DNA from: Candidatus Omnitrophota bacterium
Lineage (GTDB): Bacteria > Hinthialibacterota > Hinthialibacteria > Hinthialibacterales > Hinthialibacteraceae
NCBI GenBank assembly: GCA_003598175.1
Contig: QZKN01000097.1
Coordinates: forward strand, 23,861-87,860
Length of the DNA stretch: 64,000 nucleotides
Direction of reading: 5' to 3'
Shown: one piece after another, positions 28,428 through 38,082 of the stretch
Layout of the letters: every line of letters begins with the position of its first letter
How positions within the stretch are numbered: position 1 is the stretch's first letter
Notes under the pieces: generated by a model
Database searches by the model: none
Told to the model about the DNA's origin: nothing
What the model saw: only the letters and a program-made list of their open reading frames with translations
Translations under genes and position numbers: made by a program

Positions 28428-28670
28428 ATGCAAAACAGTGAAGGACTTAAACAACAGGATACCCCGGTAGGCCGGTTAAACTCGATTTCAGCCGTTCGCA
28501 AAGAGATGGTTCGCGTTTATCGCGGCACAGTTTCCGGAAAAATCGAAGCGGAACGGGCGACAAAATTGATATGGATTCTCTGTCAGGTTCGCGATTCCAT
28601 TGAACTTGAGGCTGTTGAACCGGCAATCGAACGGCTGGAAAAACTGTTGACTGAAGGCCGATCAAGATAA
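28428..28670 (+). CDS. Hypothetical small protein (80 aa, element cargo)
   Basis: Tightly spaced in a three-gene series. No domain recognised. Confidence 0.4.
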   Translation: MQNSEGLKQQDTPVGRLNSISAVRKEMVRVYRGTVSGKIEAERATKLIWILCQVRDSIELEAVEPAIERLEKLLTEGRSR

Positions 28671-28681
28671 AGGCGGGAATC

Positions 28682-29050
28682 ATGCGAGCAATTTTACGGC
28701 GGATCTTAAAAATCGAATCATGTTTAGCGAAGCGAACGCAACCGAAGGATGATGGCGCAGCGAAGAAAAAACTTCTTGAAGTGGCGCAGCAAAAAATCGA
28801 GATACTTTGCAAGTTGCATGAGGATGGTGTTGCGATTAACCCCCGGCGGGAATCCTTCGCAACCCTCATGCTTCACTTCCTTGCGTTCACAGTGGAATCC
28901 ATCCCGGAAACCATCAAGGATGAAGTCAATCGGCGATTACAGAACCGTGGCGCGGAGCCGATCAATTTCAAAACCATCGACAATGAAACGGCGTTTTTGT
29001 CGATGGTTAGAAAATGGATTGCAACGCAATCTATGGCGGCGGTTAAATAA
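28682..29050 (+). CDS. Hypothetical small protein (122 aa, element cargo)
   Basis: Begins 12 nt after the previous gene. No domain recognised. Confidence 0.4.
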   Translation: MRAILRRILKIESCLAKRTQPKDDGAAKKKLLEVAQQKIEILCKLHEDGVAINPRRESFATLMLHFLAFTVESIPETIKDEVNRRLQNRGAEPINFKTIDNETAFLSMVRKWIATQSMAAVK

Positions 29051-29091
29051 TGCTCACCACGGGCTTATATGGGTGTTTTAATTGAAATAAA

Positions 29092-30597
29092 TCATTCATG
29101 AAATCGCCATTGGTTTACAGCGGTATCGTCTGGATCGAATTCACGAATAAGTCGAAAGCCAATCCCTTGCCTGATTTGATCTGAATCGGAATGTTCCCAA
29201 AAATATCCAAAATCTATATTATGCAATGGTGATGTTGCGCTTTCTCCACAAATCGTGTATGGACGATCAGAAAAATATGGCCAGTAGTTGGAATCATTAT
29301 CAGTATTGAAACACCATTCTGAAACGTTCCCCCATGTATCAAATAAGTTCCAAGGATTTGGTAACTTGGTTCCAACTTCATGCAAATAGAAATCTGAATG
29401 AAGCCAAGCATACGCTTCAATTGGTAAATTGTTGATATTAAAAGAATCATCGAAAAAAAATTTGGTTGTTAGAGTGTTTTGAACAGGCACACCTCCACGA
29501 AAAGCATACTCCCATTCCTCTATTGTTGGTAAACGAAATTTACCCAATCCTAAAACATTCAAACGAGTTATAAATTCAAAACACATTTTTCTGCTTACAT
29601 TATAAACAGGATAATTATCTTTTATACCATAAATTGCTACTAAATTCTCTGGTATAAAATCAATTTCTTGTTTATTAAATATTGTTTTCCATTGAGCAAA
29701 AGTAACTTCATATTTGCCTATGTAATAGTCATTTGGTATAGATATCAATATTTCATTCAAATTTGACCTACTTCCTGTCATTCGAGTAAAAGTTCCAGCA
29801 TGAATCAATACCATCTCAAGCGGCGATACTCCATACGGAAGGCCGGGAAGAGCAATCGTTATTTCTTTATGTGGACGTAGGGCGATATTTAATTCCTCAG
29901 TGGTTGGATTTGTCAAGATTTTATTTTTTTGAAAGTAGCCATCTTTATAAATAGACAAAATGTGATCACCATGTAATATTCTCAATGAGAACGATCCTGA
30001 AGAATCAGTCATGGTCGAAATTCCCGTTCGCAGTATTTCGACTTTTGCATTTTTAATCGGTTCATAAGTTTTGTAATTATAAACGATTCCATATACAAAG
30101 CCGGGAGTCGGAGTTATTGTGGGAGTATGGCTTGGGGTATAGGTCATCGTCGGTGTGAATGTATTTGTCGGAGTTCGAGTCGGAGTAGGTGCTCTCGTAT
30201 TGGACGGCGTTATCGTTAGTGTTGGAGTTCGTGTCGGAGTTGCAGTATTCGTTGAAGTTGGTATTATTTCTGGAATTTGTAATGGAATCATACGAATATT
30301 CAATTCAATATTCTCATTTATTTCTTTGGTTGACTCAAACGTTCGATATCCATCAGCTTCAACCTTTATCACATACGTTCCAGGCAACGGCAATCCAATT
30401 TCATAAAATCCATCTGTCGCGCTTTGAATGGTAATGTCTCCAACTGTTATCAGAGCACCATAGACGGGAATGTCATTGAATAAGGAAAGGACTCTTCCAG
30501 AAATAACGATGTCAGCGGAAGTTTGATTGATAATCACGGTAAATAGTAGTGGGAAGAACGCTGTATTTTTCATCAATTGGTTACTTTCCTTTATCAA
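29092..30597 (-). CDS. Secreted protein with two carboxypeptidase-regulatory-like domains, a Pro/Thr-rich linker and a C-terminal FGE/SUMF1 (sulfatase-modifying-factor) domain
   Basis: Signal peptide. GRVLSLFNDIPVYGALITVGD and GIVYNYKTYEPIKNAKVEIL look like CarbopepD_reg domains. The linker is TPTRTPTLTITPSNTRAPTPTRTPTNTFTPT. The FGE-like region has RLPTIEEWEYAFRGG. Confidence 0.65.
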   Translation of the reverse strand: MIKESNQLMKNTAFFPLLFTVIINQTSADIVISGRVLSLFNDIPVYGALITVGDITIQSATDGFYEIGLPLPGTYVIKVEADGYRTFESTKEINENIELNIRMIPLQIPEIIPTSTNTATPTRTPTLTITPSNTRAPTPTRTPTNTFTPTMTYTPSHTPTITPTPGFVYGIVYNYKTYEPIKNAKVEILRTGISTMTDSSGSFSLRILHGDHILSIYKDGYFQKNKILTNPTTEELNIALRPHKEITIALPGLPYGVSPLEMVLIHAGTFTRMTGSRSNLNEILISIPNDYYIGKYEVTFAQWKTIFNKQEIDFIPENLVAIYGIKDNYPVYNVSRKMCFEFITRLNVLGLGKFRLPTIEEWEYAFRGGVPVQNTLTTKFFFDDSFNINNLPIEAYAWLHSDFYLHEVGTKLPNPWNLFDTWGNVSEWCFNTDNDSNYWPYFSDRPYTICGESATSPLHNIDFGYFWEHSDSDQIRQGIGFRLIREFDPDDTAVNQWRFHE

Positions 30598-31056
30598 TAA
30601 TATTACTCAATCGCTTCCTGTCATGAATAACAAAAAAACGAATATCTGATGGTAAATTAAAATGATTCGCCATATAGGGGAGAGTTCTAAAAGGCCGTGG
30701 GGAAAGAAAATCCGAATCAATTCAAGAGGTCGAATTTCATGTTACGGGGAAGAGTTGCCGACGGTGGACGTACCGTTTGTCAGGCGTTCCTTTACGTTCG
30801 GCGGTTCGTATCGGATACCCGGTGGTGAGACTTTTCCAAGTCAAGCAATATAAAGCACGTCTCCCCGCAAAGGGCAGGCGTGAAAACCTGTTCCCTCGAC
30901 GTGTGGCCATGGGAAAAAAAACATGCCTTAGAATCGATTTGCGATTTAATTTTCTCGTAATAAAATGAGTGATTGAAGATTGCGTTCGGCGGGCCGAACT
31001 TCGCGGCGGCGATTGGTCCGAAAACCTGCCTTTTTTCTCTCTGTTGGTAGCACTGT

Positions 31057-31135
31057 GGTAGCATGGATTTTTTTGATGTTTTCGGAATGAAGCGTAAGTC
31101 TAATGAAATCAATGTGTGTTGAGATGGACTCGAAC
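31057..31135 (-). repeat. Internal att-like module: a second copy of flank module A plus a 24 bp tRNA-3'-end-like fragment
   Basis: Positions 31057-31112 nearly match 23068-23122. The next 24 bp read on the minus strand as GGTTCGAGTCCATCTCAACACACA (a T-loop and acceptor-like end), but no full cloverleaf can be drawn. Confidence 0.5.
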
Positions 31136-31525
31136 CAATGACCCTCTGATAGATTATCAGAGGGCATACGTTTTGACGACCGACGACGCGGCGACCGGGT
31201 TGACAAGATGGGGCGGCGTTTCATCCTTCCATCGACCGGCGGCAGGAAAAAACATCAAACAGCAGGAAACAGCCTTCGTTTTTGTTCCCCGTGCATACTC
31301 AACGCATACTTGAGAAAACCCCGGCGTTCGTAAGTCTAAATATTCGAGGATGTTAAAAAATAAGGCGATTTGATAGGCAATCAGACGACATGAAAAAACC
31401 CGTTCGGATTCGTGGATATTAGATCAATAATCCGAAAATCGGCTCTTTTTTTTGGTGTTGACTTGGTGTTGACTTGAGAAAATCCGTTAAAAATCGAAGG
31501 AAACGTAAGTCTAATGAAATCAAAG

Positions 31526-31599
31526 TCGGGGTGAGAGGATTTGAACCTCCGGCCCACTGCTCCCAAAGCAGTTGCGCTACCAGGCTGCGCTACACCCCG
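31526..31599 (-). tRNA. tRNA-Pro (anticodon TGG)
   Basis: The minus-strand sense reads CGGGGTG-TA-GCGC-AGCCTGGTA-GCGC-A-ACTGC-TTTGGGA-GCAGT-GGGCC-GGAGG-TTCAAAT-CCTCT-CACCCCG-A. All four stems pair, the anticodon loop is TT-TGG-GA, and the length is 74 nt without an encoded CCA. Confidence 0.85.
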
Positions 31600-31787
31600 C
31601 CGTTTCTTCTTCTTACGATTCAGCAGAAATATTATAACGCATGATCCCTTCCGTACAATCCATCCGGTAAACGAAATCGTGTCCTCACGCTGCGCATTCC
31701 GGCGTTTCATGGAATCCGGTTGTTATAATTCTCACTAACGATTTACCTTGAACATCTACCACACCGATTTTGAGAGAGGAACGTCCC

Positions 31788-33854
31788 ATGTCCGAACCGA
31801 AGCACACGAACCGGCTGATTCATGCCGCCAGCCCGTATCTGCAGCAACACGCCCACAATCCCGTGGATTGGTATGCGTGGGGGGAGGAAGCGCTGCAAAG
31901 GGCGAAAACGGAGAACAAGCCGATTTTTTTGAGTATCGGCTATTCCGCCTGCCATTGGTGCCACGTGATGGAACACGAATCGTTCGAGAACGAAGAAACG
32001 GCGCGCATCATGAACGAACATTTTATCAATATCAAAGTGGATCGCGAGGAACGCCCGGATCTCGACGAGATTTACATGAGCGCGGTGCAGCTGATGACCG
32101 GTTCGGGCGGATGGCCCATGTCCGTCTTTTTAACGCCGGAGTTGAAGCCGTTCTATGGCAGCACATATTTTCCGCCGCGGGATAGGTATGGCCGACCGGG
32201 TTTTGTAACCGTACTGATGAATCTGACCCACGCCTATGAAAACCGGCGGGAGGAGATCGACGAGGCGGCGGACCGGTTGACGGACCAGATTCGAACGATG
32301 GCGAGTCTTTCCGCCGGAACGGGCGAGTTGTCGTATCTACCGATCGAAGACGCCGTGCGGGAGATGAAACGCCGTTTCGATTCGCGTTTCGGCGGCTTCG
32401 GCGGCGCGCCCAAGTTTCCGCATAGCATGGATTTGTCGCTATTACTGCGGCATTACCACAATACCGCTGACGCCGATGCGCTGAAAATTGCCGAATTCAC
32501 ACTGGAAAAGATGGCGCGCGGGGGCATGTACGACCAGATCGGCGGCGGCTTTCATCGCTATTCGACCGACGATCGCTGGCTGATCCCGCATTTCGAAAAA
32601 ATGCTGTACGACAACGCCTTGTTGGCGAAGACGTATCTCGAAGCGTATCAATTGGCGAAAAAACCGTTTTATCGAGAAATAACGAACAGCATTTTGGATT
32701 ATGTTTTACGTGAAATGACGTCTCCTGACGGCGGTTTTTTTTCGACCCAAGACGCGGATTCCGCGGAAGGGGAGGGAATCTTTTTTGCCTGGACGCCGAA
32801 ACAGATCGCCGAGGTGATCGGCAATGAAAAAGCGGAGATCGTTTGCCGGTTTTATGGCGTGGAGGAAAGGGGAAATTTCGAGCATGGCCTGTCGGCGCTG
32901 CATATCGACGAGGAAATGGAGTCCATTGCAGCGGAATTCAATATTTCGACGAACGAATTAAAACAAATCGTTCGCGAAGCCAACGAGAAACTGTTTGCCG
33001 CGCGGGAAACGCGGATCAAACCGGGGCGCGACGAGAAGATCCTGACGGACTGGAACGGTCTGATGATTTCCGCGATGGCGTGTGCGGGGAATGCGCTCGA
33101 TCAAAAGGAATATATCCATGCCGCCGAACGCGCCTGTGATTTTCTGATCCGACATCTTTGCCCAAACAATCGGTTGCTGCATACGTACAAAGATGGCCGG
33201 GCGCACACGAATGGTTTTTTGAGTGATTATGCATTTTTGATCGGCGGATTGCTCGATGCATATGAAGCTGCGCATACCGCGCGCTGGCTGCAAGAAGCGA
33301 TTCGGTTGACAGAGGTGATGATCGAGCAGTTTTGGGATGAGGAAAACGGAGCGTTCTTCTTCACCGGAGCGGATCACGAAAAACTGATCGCGCGAACAAA
33401 AGATCCGATGGATAACGCCACGCCGTCCGGCAATTCCATCGCGATTCTGGATTTGCTGCGATTGGCGGAAATGACGGGGAATTTGGAGTATCGCGCGCGA
33501 GCGGAACAGAGTTTTCGGGCGTTTATTTCTTCCATTCAGCGATTTCCCGGCGCGTTTGCGCAGATGCTATCCGCGCTGGATTTCTTGTTGGCCAAACCGA
33601 AGGAAATCGTGCTGGCGGGGAAGGATGCGGAGAGTCTACGGCCGTTCCAGCAGGCGATTTTTCGCGAGTTTGATCCGCATAAAGTGGTTCTCTATGTATA
33701 TGATGAAGAGATGGCGTCGTTGTCCGCCATGGCGCCGATTGTGGAGGGGAAGAAACCGTTGGATGGTTCTCCGGCATGTTACATTTGCCGGGATTTTCGT
33801 TGCCGACAGCCGGTTACGACCGTGGAGGCGATGATGGCGCAATTGAGGGAGTGA
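31788..33854 (+). CDS. Thioredoxin-domain protein of the DUF255/YyaL family (thioredoxin fold plus GlcNAc-2-epimerase-like toroid)
   Basis: [13 protein letters not shown]...[24 protein letters not shown] is the canonical DUF255 N-terminus. The start is taken at [10 protein letters not shown]. Confidence 0.8.
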   Translation: MSEPKHTNRLIHAASPYLQQHAHNPVDWYAWGEEALQRAKTENKPIFLSIGYSACHWCHVMEHESFENEETARIMNEHFINIKVDREERPDLDEIYMSAVQLMTGSGGWPMSVFLTPELKPFYGSTYFPPRDRYGRPGFVTVLMNLTHAYENRREEIDEAADRLTDQIRTMASLSAGTGELSYLPIEDAVREMKRRFDSRFGGFGGAPKFPHSMDLSLLLRHYHNTADADALKIAEFTLEKMARGGMYDQIGGGFHRYSTDDRWLIPHFEKMLYDNALLAKTYLEAYQLAKKPFYREITNSILDYVLREMTSPDGGFFSTQDADSAEGEGIFFAWTPKQIAEVIGNEKAEIVCRFYGVEERGNFEHGLSALHIDEEMESIAAEFNISTNELKQIVREANEKLFAARETRIKPGRDEKILTDWNGLMISAMACAGNALDQKEYIHAAERACDFLIRHLCPNNRLLHTYKDGRAHTNGFLSDYAFLIGGLLDAYEAAHTARWLQEAIRLTEVMIEQFWDEENGAFFFTGADHEKLIARTKDPMDNATPSGNSIAILDLLRLAEMTGNLEYRARAEQSFRAFISSIQRFPGAFAQMLSALDFLLAKPKEIVLAGKDAESLRPFQQAIFREFDPHKVVLYVYDEEMASLSAMAPIVEGKKPLDGSPACYICRDFRCRQPVTTVEAMMAQLRE

Positions 33855-33857
33855 GGA

Positions 33858-35237
33858 TCATTCCGGATCGATTTCGTAGCCTTGTTTCGCATAGTGTTGC
33901 AGCTTGTAGGTCAGCGCGCGGCGGCTGATGCCGAGAGAGCGGGCGGTTTCCGTGCGATTATACCGATTTTCTCGCAACGCATGCAAAATAGCTTCGCGCT
34001 CGATGTCTTCCATGCGCCTGGCCGGCGAGGATTCCACCGATTCGTTTTCAAGCGCGGTGAACGATTTTAGTATGCGGCGGGGGAGGTGTTCGGGGATGAT
34101 CAATTCACCGCGCGCCATCAGGGTCGCCCGTTCCATCGCGTTGCGAAGTTCGCGGACGTTGCCGGGCCAGTGATATTCTTCAAAGCAGTGCGTCACCGCC
34201 GCGGACAGGCGGGGGCTGCCTTGTTTGAACGTTTGCGCGAAATGAATGGCCAAGGGAATAATATCGGCTTTTCTGTCTCGCAAAGGCGGGATGTAGATTT
34301 CCATCACGTTCAACCGAAAAAACAAATCCTCGCGAAAATTCCCCTTTTCCACTTCCTGTTCCAGATTGCGGTTCGTCGAGGCCAGAATGCGGGTGTTGGT
34401 TTTATATTCCTGGTTGGAGCCAACGCGTTGATAGGTTCCTTCCTGCGTAATGCGCAGCAGTTTCGCCTGCAGGGCGGGAGACATTTCGACGATTTCATCG
34501 AGCAGAATCGTTCCCCCGTTCGCTTCCTCGAACCGGCCGATGCGTTGATGCGTCGCGCCCGTGAAGGAGCCTTTTTCATGGCCGAACAATTCGCTCTCCA
34601 GCAGATTTTCCGGGATGGCGGCGCAATTCACTTTGATCAAGGGTTTGGAAGCGCGAGGGCTCCAGGCGTGAATCACATCCGCCACCACTTCCTTGCCGAC
34701 GCCGCTTTCGCCGGTAATGAGAATACGGCTGTCGGAGGAGGCCACCAACGCCGCTTCCCGAAAAACCTCGATCATGAGCGGGCTGTGAACGACGACGGTG
34801 TCCGGCAATTGCAATCCGTCGGGAATCTGCAATCGGGATCGTTCCCGGATGCCGGCCGCTTTTTGCACGGAGGAGAGGAGTTCATCCAGATCGATGGGTT
34901 TTTCCAGATAATTCACGGCGCCGTCGCGCATGGCGTTCACCGCGTCGCGAATATCGGCGTAAGCCGTAACCAGCAGCACCGGCAAGGTGGGATATTTTTC
35001 TCTCGTTTTCCGCAGCGTTTCCAAACCCGAAATGCCCGGCATCCGAACGTCGGAAATCATGATATTGATTTCTTTCGTATCAAGCAAAGCCAGGGCCTGC
35101 TCGCCGGAGGTTGCCGTGAGGATCTGGAATCCCTGGCCGGACAGAAAGGATTGCAGAAGGCTTCGCTGGCTGGGATCGTCATCGACGATCAAAACGCGGA
35201 TGTGGGAGACCGCTTCTTTCGTATTGGAAACAGCCAT
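33858..35237 (-). CDS. Sigma-54-dependent response regulator (NtrC family)
   Basis: REC domain (VLIVDDD), AAA+ motifs GESGVGKE and GAFTGA-like, and a C-terminal Fis-type HTH. Confidence 0.85.
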   Translation of the reverse strand: MAVSNTKEAVSHIRVLIVDDDPSQRSLLQSFLSGQGFQILTATSGEQALALLDTKEINIMISDVRMPGISGLETLRKTREKYPTLPVLLVTAYADIRDAVNAMRDGAVNYLEKPIDLDELLSSVQKAAGIRERSRLQIPDGLQLPDTVVVHSPLMIEVFREAALVASSDSRILITGESGVGKEVVADVIHAWSPRASKPLIKVNCAAIPENLLESELFGHEKGSFTGATHQRIGRFEEANGGTILLDEIVEMSPALQAKLLRITQEGTYQRVGSNQEYKTNTRILASTNRNLEQEVEKGNFREDLFFRLNVMEIYIPPLRDRKADIIPLAIHFAQTFKQGSPRLSAAVTHCFEEYHWPGNVRELRNAMERATLMARGELIIPEHLPRRILKSFTALENESVESSPARRMEDIEREAILHALRENRYNRTETARSLGISRRALTYKLQHYAKQGYEIDPE

Positions 35238-35238
35238 C

Positions 35239-36852
35239 TTAGAGTTCTTTCGACGCGAGTCTCAATCCGCGAATGCGAAAGCGAGCGCCTTGATTCTCGC
35301 CGGGAACATACGCGATTTCCCAACCATGCGCGAGCACGATTTGATGAACGACGGCAAGCCCCAATCCCGTGCCTTTCTCCCGCGTGGTAAAATACGGACG
35401 AAAAATCTTGTCCTGATTTTCCGGCGCAATCCCCGGCCCGTCGTCGCGAATTTCGAACGTGACTTCATTGGATTTATTTTTGTCCAGGATAATCTCGATG
35501 CACCCCTTTTCCTCCACGGATTGGATGGCGTTGAGAAATAGATTGAAAATCACCTGCCGAAATAATAACTCATCCGCTTCGACGGTCAATTCGGGTCCCT
35601 GCAATTGGAAATAAATCATTTTGTCTTCGATATCGCTCTTCAATGCGCGATGAACATCGTTGATCAAGGAATTGAGGAGCACCGCCGACGGTTTCAATTC
35701 ACGCGGTTTCGAATATTCGATAAATTCGTTTAGCTGGACGGTTATGCGATCCACTTCATCTGTGATTTTCAGCGAGCGATTGCGGATTTCCTCGGACGTA
35801 TCGGCTTGTTTGGCGATGATTTGCGCCAGTCCGCGGACAATATTCAGCGGATTTCTCGTTTCATGCGCCAGACCGGCGGCGGCGATATTCATTTCGCGCA
35901 AATGCGTATTCATTTCACTGGCGCGGATCAAACGGAGCTGTAAGGAGGACGATTGAACCAGGTTGCGCCATGCAAATCCCAAGCCGATAATGGCCGCAAA
36001 GGCAAATCCGCAAATCGTAATCCGCAGCCATTGATCCCGTTGGCAATCCTGGAGAAATTGTTGTGTGGAGAGTTCAATCACAAATCCGTGCAGTCCCTGC
36101 TTTTGAATCAAAGCCTGATACCGTTCTTCGGATATCCAGGGCGGCCGTCCAAATCCGAATCCGGGACGTCCCCCTCGCTGCCGGAATCGCTCCATGCGGC
36201 TGATGAATTCCGAGGCCATACGCGTGACATCCGGTATCATCGCCGTCGCCGAGGGAATCTCGTTCGCTCCCCATTCCGGCGGTCCGTTGCGATGATTGTT
36301 CCGGCGGTCCTCTTGAAATTCCCCCGGCGGTCCTTCCGGCGGCTCTTCCGGTGAACCCTCGGGAGAGGGAAACCGGGGCCGCCCCCGTCTTGAATCCGGT
36401 CGGAAACGATTGTCGTCAATGATGATCGTCGGCGATTCTTCCTGATTCTCATCCAGTACATTCGCGCCGAAATCCACGAGGTTCATGTAGGCGACTGATT
36501 TTTTCCCCCATTGTTCCACTTGTTGCGGAAGATTGTTGATATCGATTTCGGTATCGCCGGCGGAGGCGGAAAGAACGACTTCTCCGGCGGAATTCAGGAG
36601 GGTAATGGAGTGCAATTCCTCCGATTCCGCTAATTTTTGTAGCGCCGTTTCCAGCCGGCTTTGACTGATGAAACCATCCGGACGGCGCTGGGATTGGAGA
36701 ACGATCGCCACCGTGTCCGAGATATCCACCGCGCGATTTAGCAATCCCTTGCGGGCGGATTCCTTGAAACGGTTATGTTCGACAACCTGCCAAAGGATAA
36801 TCACGATCCCGACGAGTACGAAAACGATGAAAATGGTTTTGGATCGATTCAT
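35239..36852 (-). CDS. Sensor histidine kinase, partner of the NtrC-like regulator
   Basis: N-terminal TM, periplasmic region, HisKA (LAHETRNPL) and HATPase (GTGLGLAVV). Its stop abuts the regulator start. Confidence 0.8.
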   Translation of the reverse strand: MNRSKTIFIVFVLVGIVIILWQVVEHNRFKESARKGLLNRAVDISDTVAIVLQSQRRPDGFISQSRLETALQKLAESEELHSITLLNSAGEVVLSASAGDTEIDINNLPQQVEQWGKKSVAYMNLVDFGANVLDENQEESPTIIIDDNRFRPDSRRGRPRFPSPEGSPEEPPEGPPGEFQEDRRNNHRNGPPEWGANEIPSATAMIPDVTRMASEFISRMERFRQRGGRPGFGFGRPPWISEERYQALIQKQGLHGFVIELSTQQFLQDCQRDQWLRITICGFAFAAIIGLGFAWRNLVQSSSLQLRLIRASEMNTHLREMNIAAAGLAHETRNPLNIVRGLAQIIAKQADTSEEIRNRSLKITDEVDRITVQLNEFIEYSKPRELKPSAVLLNSLINDVHRALKSDIEDKMIYFQLQGPELTVEADELLFRQVIFNLFLNAIQSVEEKGCIEIILDKNKSNEVTFEIRDDGPGIAPENQDKIFRPYFTTREKGTGLGLAVVHQIVLAHGWEIAYVPGENQGARFRIRGLRLASKEL

Positions 36853-36858
36853 GGTTTA

Positions 36859-38061
36859 TTATTGTATCCGTAAGGGTTTCCAGGATTTACTTTTTCGATT
36901 GACCGCCTTCGTTTCCGTGTCCGGAACCTGCTCTTGATTTAGCGGTTGAATCGCGTCCGGCGCACCGGTTTCCTTTTCAGGAACGTTGTCGAAAAACTTA
37001 TCCATCTGATCCTGAGTAAATGCCTTTGGCGCCAATTGGGTATGGCTTTTTTCCCGCGCGGCCAGATCCACGAGTTTGTCCGGATTCTCCACCACATAGG
37101 GCGTCAGAAAAATCAGCAATTCCGTCTTCGAGTTATTCTTTACTTTACGTTGAAATGCCAATCCCAGCAACGGGATATCCCCCAGAATCGGCACCTTTCG
37201 ATTGGTTTCGGTGCTATTGTCCTCCATCATGCCGCCGATGACGACCGTTTGCCCGTTCGGAGTATTGACCACGGTATCGGCGGAGCGAATAGCGAAAACC
37301 GGGGATTCAATCGTATCCGAAATAGGGACAGTTTCATCGGTGAGGGTCGAGATTTCGGGAGAAAGGATCATCTCTACCAATCCATCCTGCGTGATGAACG
37401 GCGTGACGCGCAGAATGATGCCGATGTCCTGATAGGTAACGGTATTGATCGTTTGCCCGTCCGAAGTGACGCGGCTGTCCGTGACGAACGGAAAACGTTG
37501 CCCCACCGTGATGACGGCTTCCTGATTGTTGCGGGTAAGAATCGAGGGGCGCGAGAGGACTTCGAGTTTTCCCACTTCGGACAATGCCCGTAACGTCAAC
37601 TGTACATCATTTTCAAGCAGCCGGTAAAAGCCGCCGCGCGATTCCGCCGCCAGCCCGAACATGGTTTCGAAGATGCTGCCGTTGGCGCCTCGTTTTTTCA
37701 CATCCAGGGTACCTTCCAGGCCGAAATCCAGATCATCGCGATAGGTCACTTCGAGAAAGACCACCTTGATCAAAACCTGCTGAACCGGACGGTCCAGATT
37801 TTCAACGATCTGCTTGATGTGCTCATTGGTTTCCTCGTCGGTGATGACGATGATGGAGCGGCTGTCGTAATCCACCTGGATCATTGCTTCACCGATCATG
37901 CCCTTGGTCAGATATTCTCTCATGCCGGCGGCGCCGGAATAGGAAGAGCGACCGGTGGTGGTTCCGCCGAAGGTCCGCATTTGAGCGGACAGGTCGCTCG
38001 CAATGAGCAACAGAAACGAGCAGTTGAAAACGATGATTAATAAATTTCTACGAAAATTCAT
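36859..38061 (-). CDS. Secretin C-terminal half (GspD-like secretin domain) with its own signal peptide
   Basis: MNFRRNLLIIVFNCSFLLLIASDLSAQ is a signal peptide. The body has VPILGDIPLLGLAFQ...ELLIFLTPYV, the secretin signature. A GAGGT RBS lies 6 nt before the ATG. Confidence 0.75.
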   Translation of the reverse strand: MNFRRNLLIIVFNCSFLLLIASDLSAQMRTFGGTTTGRSSYSGAAGMREYLTKGMIGEAMIQVDYDSRSIIVITDEETNEHIKQIVENLDRPVQQVLIKVVFLEVTYRDDLDFGLEGTLDVKKRGANGSIFETMFGLAAESRGGFYRLLENDVQLTLRALSEVGKLEVLSRPSILTRNNQEAVITVGQRFPFVTDSRVTSDGQTINTVTYQDIGIILRVTPFITQDGLVEMILSPEISTLTDETVPISDTIESPVFAIRSADTVVNTPNGQTVVIGGMMEDNSTETNRKVPILGDIPLLGLAFQRKVKNNSKTELLIFLTPYVVENPDKLVDLAAREKSHTQLAPKAFTQDQMDKFFDNVPEKETGAPDAIQPLNQEQVPDTETKAVNRKSKSWKPLRIQ

Positions 38062-38082
38062 GGTTCGTTACCTCGAATTGGA

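Larger units (their letters stand above)
23103..31599. mobile_element. Integrative element (P4/PICI-satellite-like) inserted at tRNA-Pro(TGG)
   Basis: Bounded by roughly 70 bp direct repeats (23103-23172 and 31504-31573) that include the tRNA 3' half. It carries a tyrosine integrase, an AlpA-type excisionase, a DnaB-N/DUF3987 primase-helicase-like replication gene and hypothetical cargo. Confidence 0.65.

Noticed and set aside
30155-30434. Plus-strand ORFs encoding Val/Gly-rich peptides opposite the Pro/Thr linker. The same artefact occurs at 56571..57218 and 56694..56996.
   Set aside because: These are a reverse-strand reading of a repetitive Pro/Thr-coding region inside well-supported minus-strand or plus-strand genes.
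31112-31200. Possible second tRNA gene (tRNA-like 3' end GGTTCGAGTCCATCTCAACACA)
   Set aside because: No complete cloverleaf can be drawn. The T-stem gives only 3 bp and no matching acceptor 5' strand exists. It is treated as a tRNA-end fragment and an att-like remnant.
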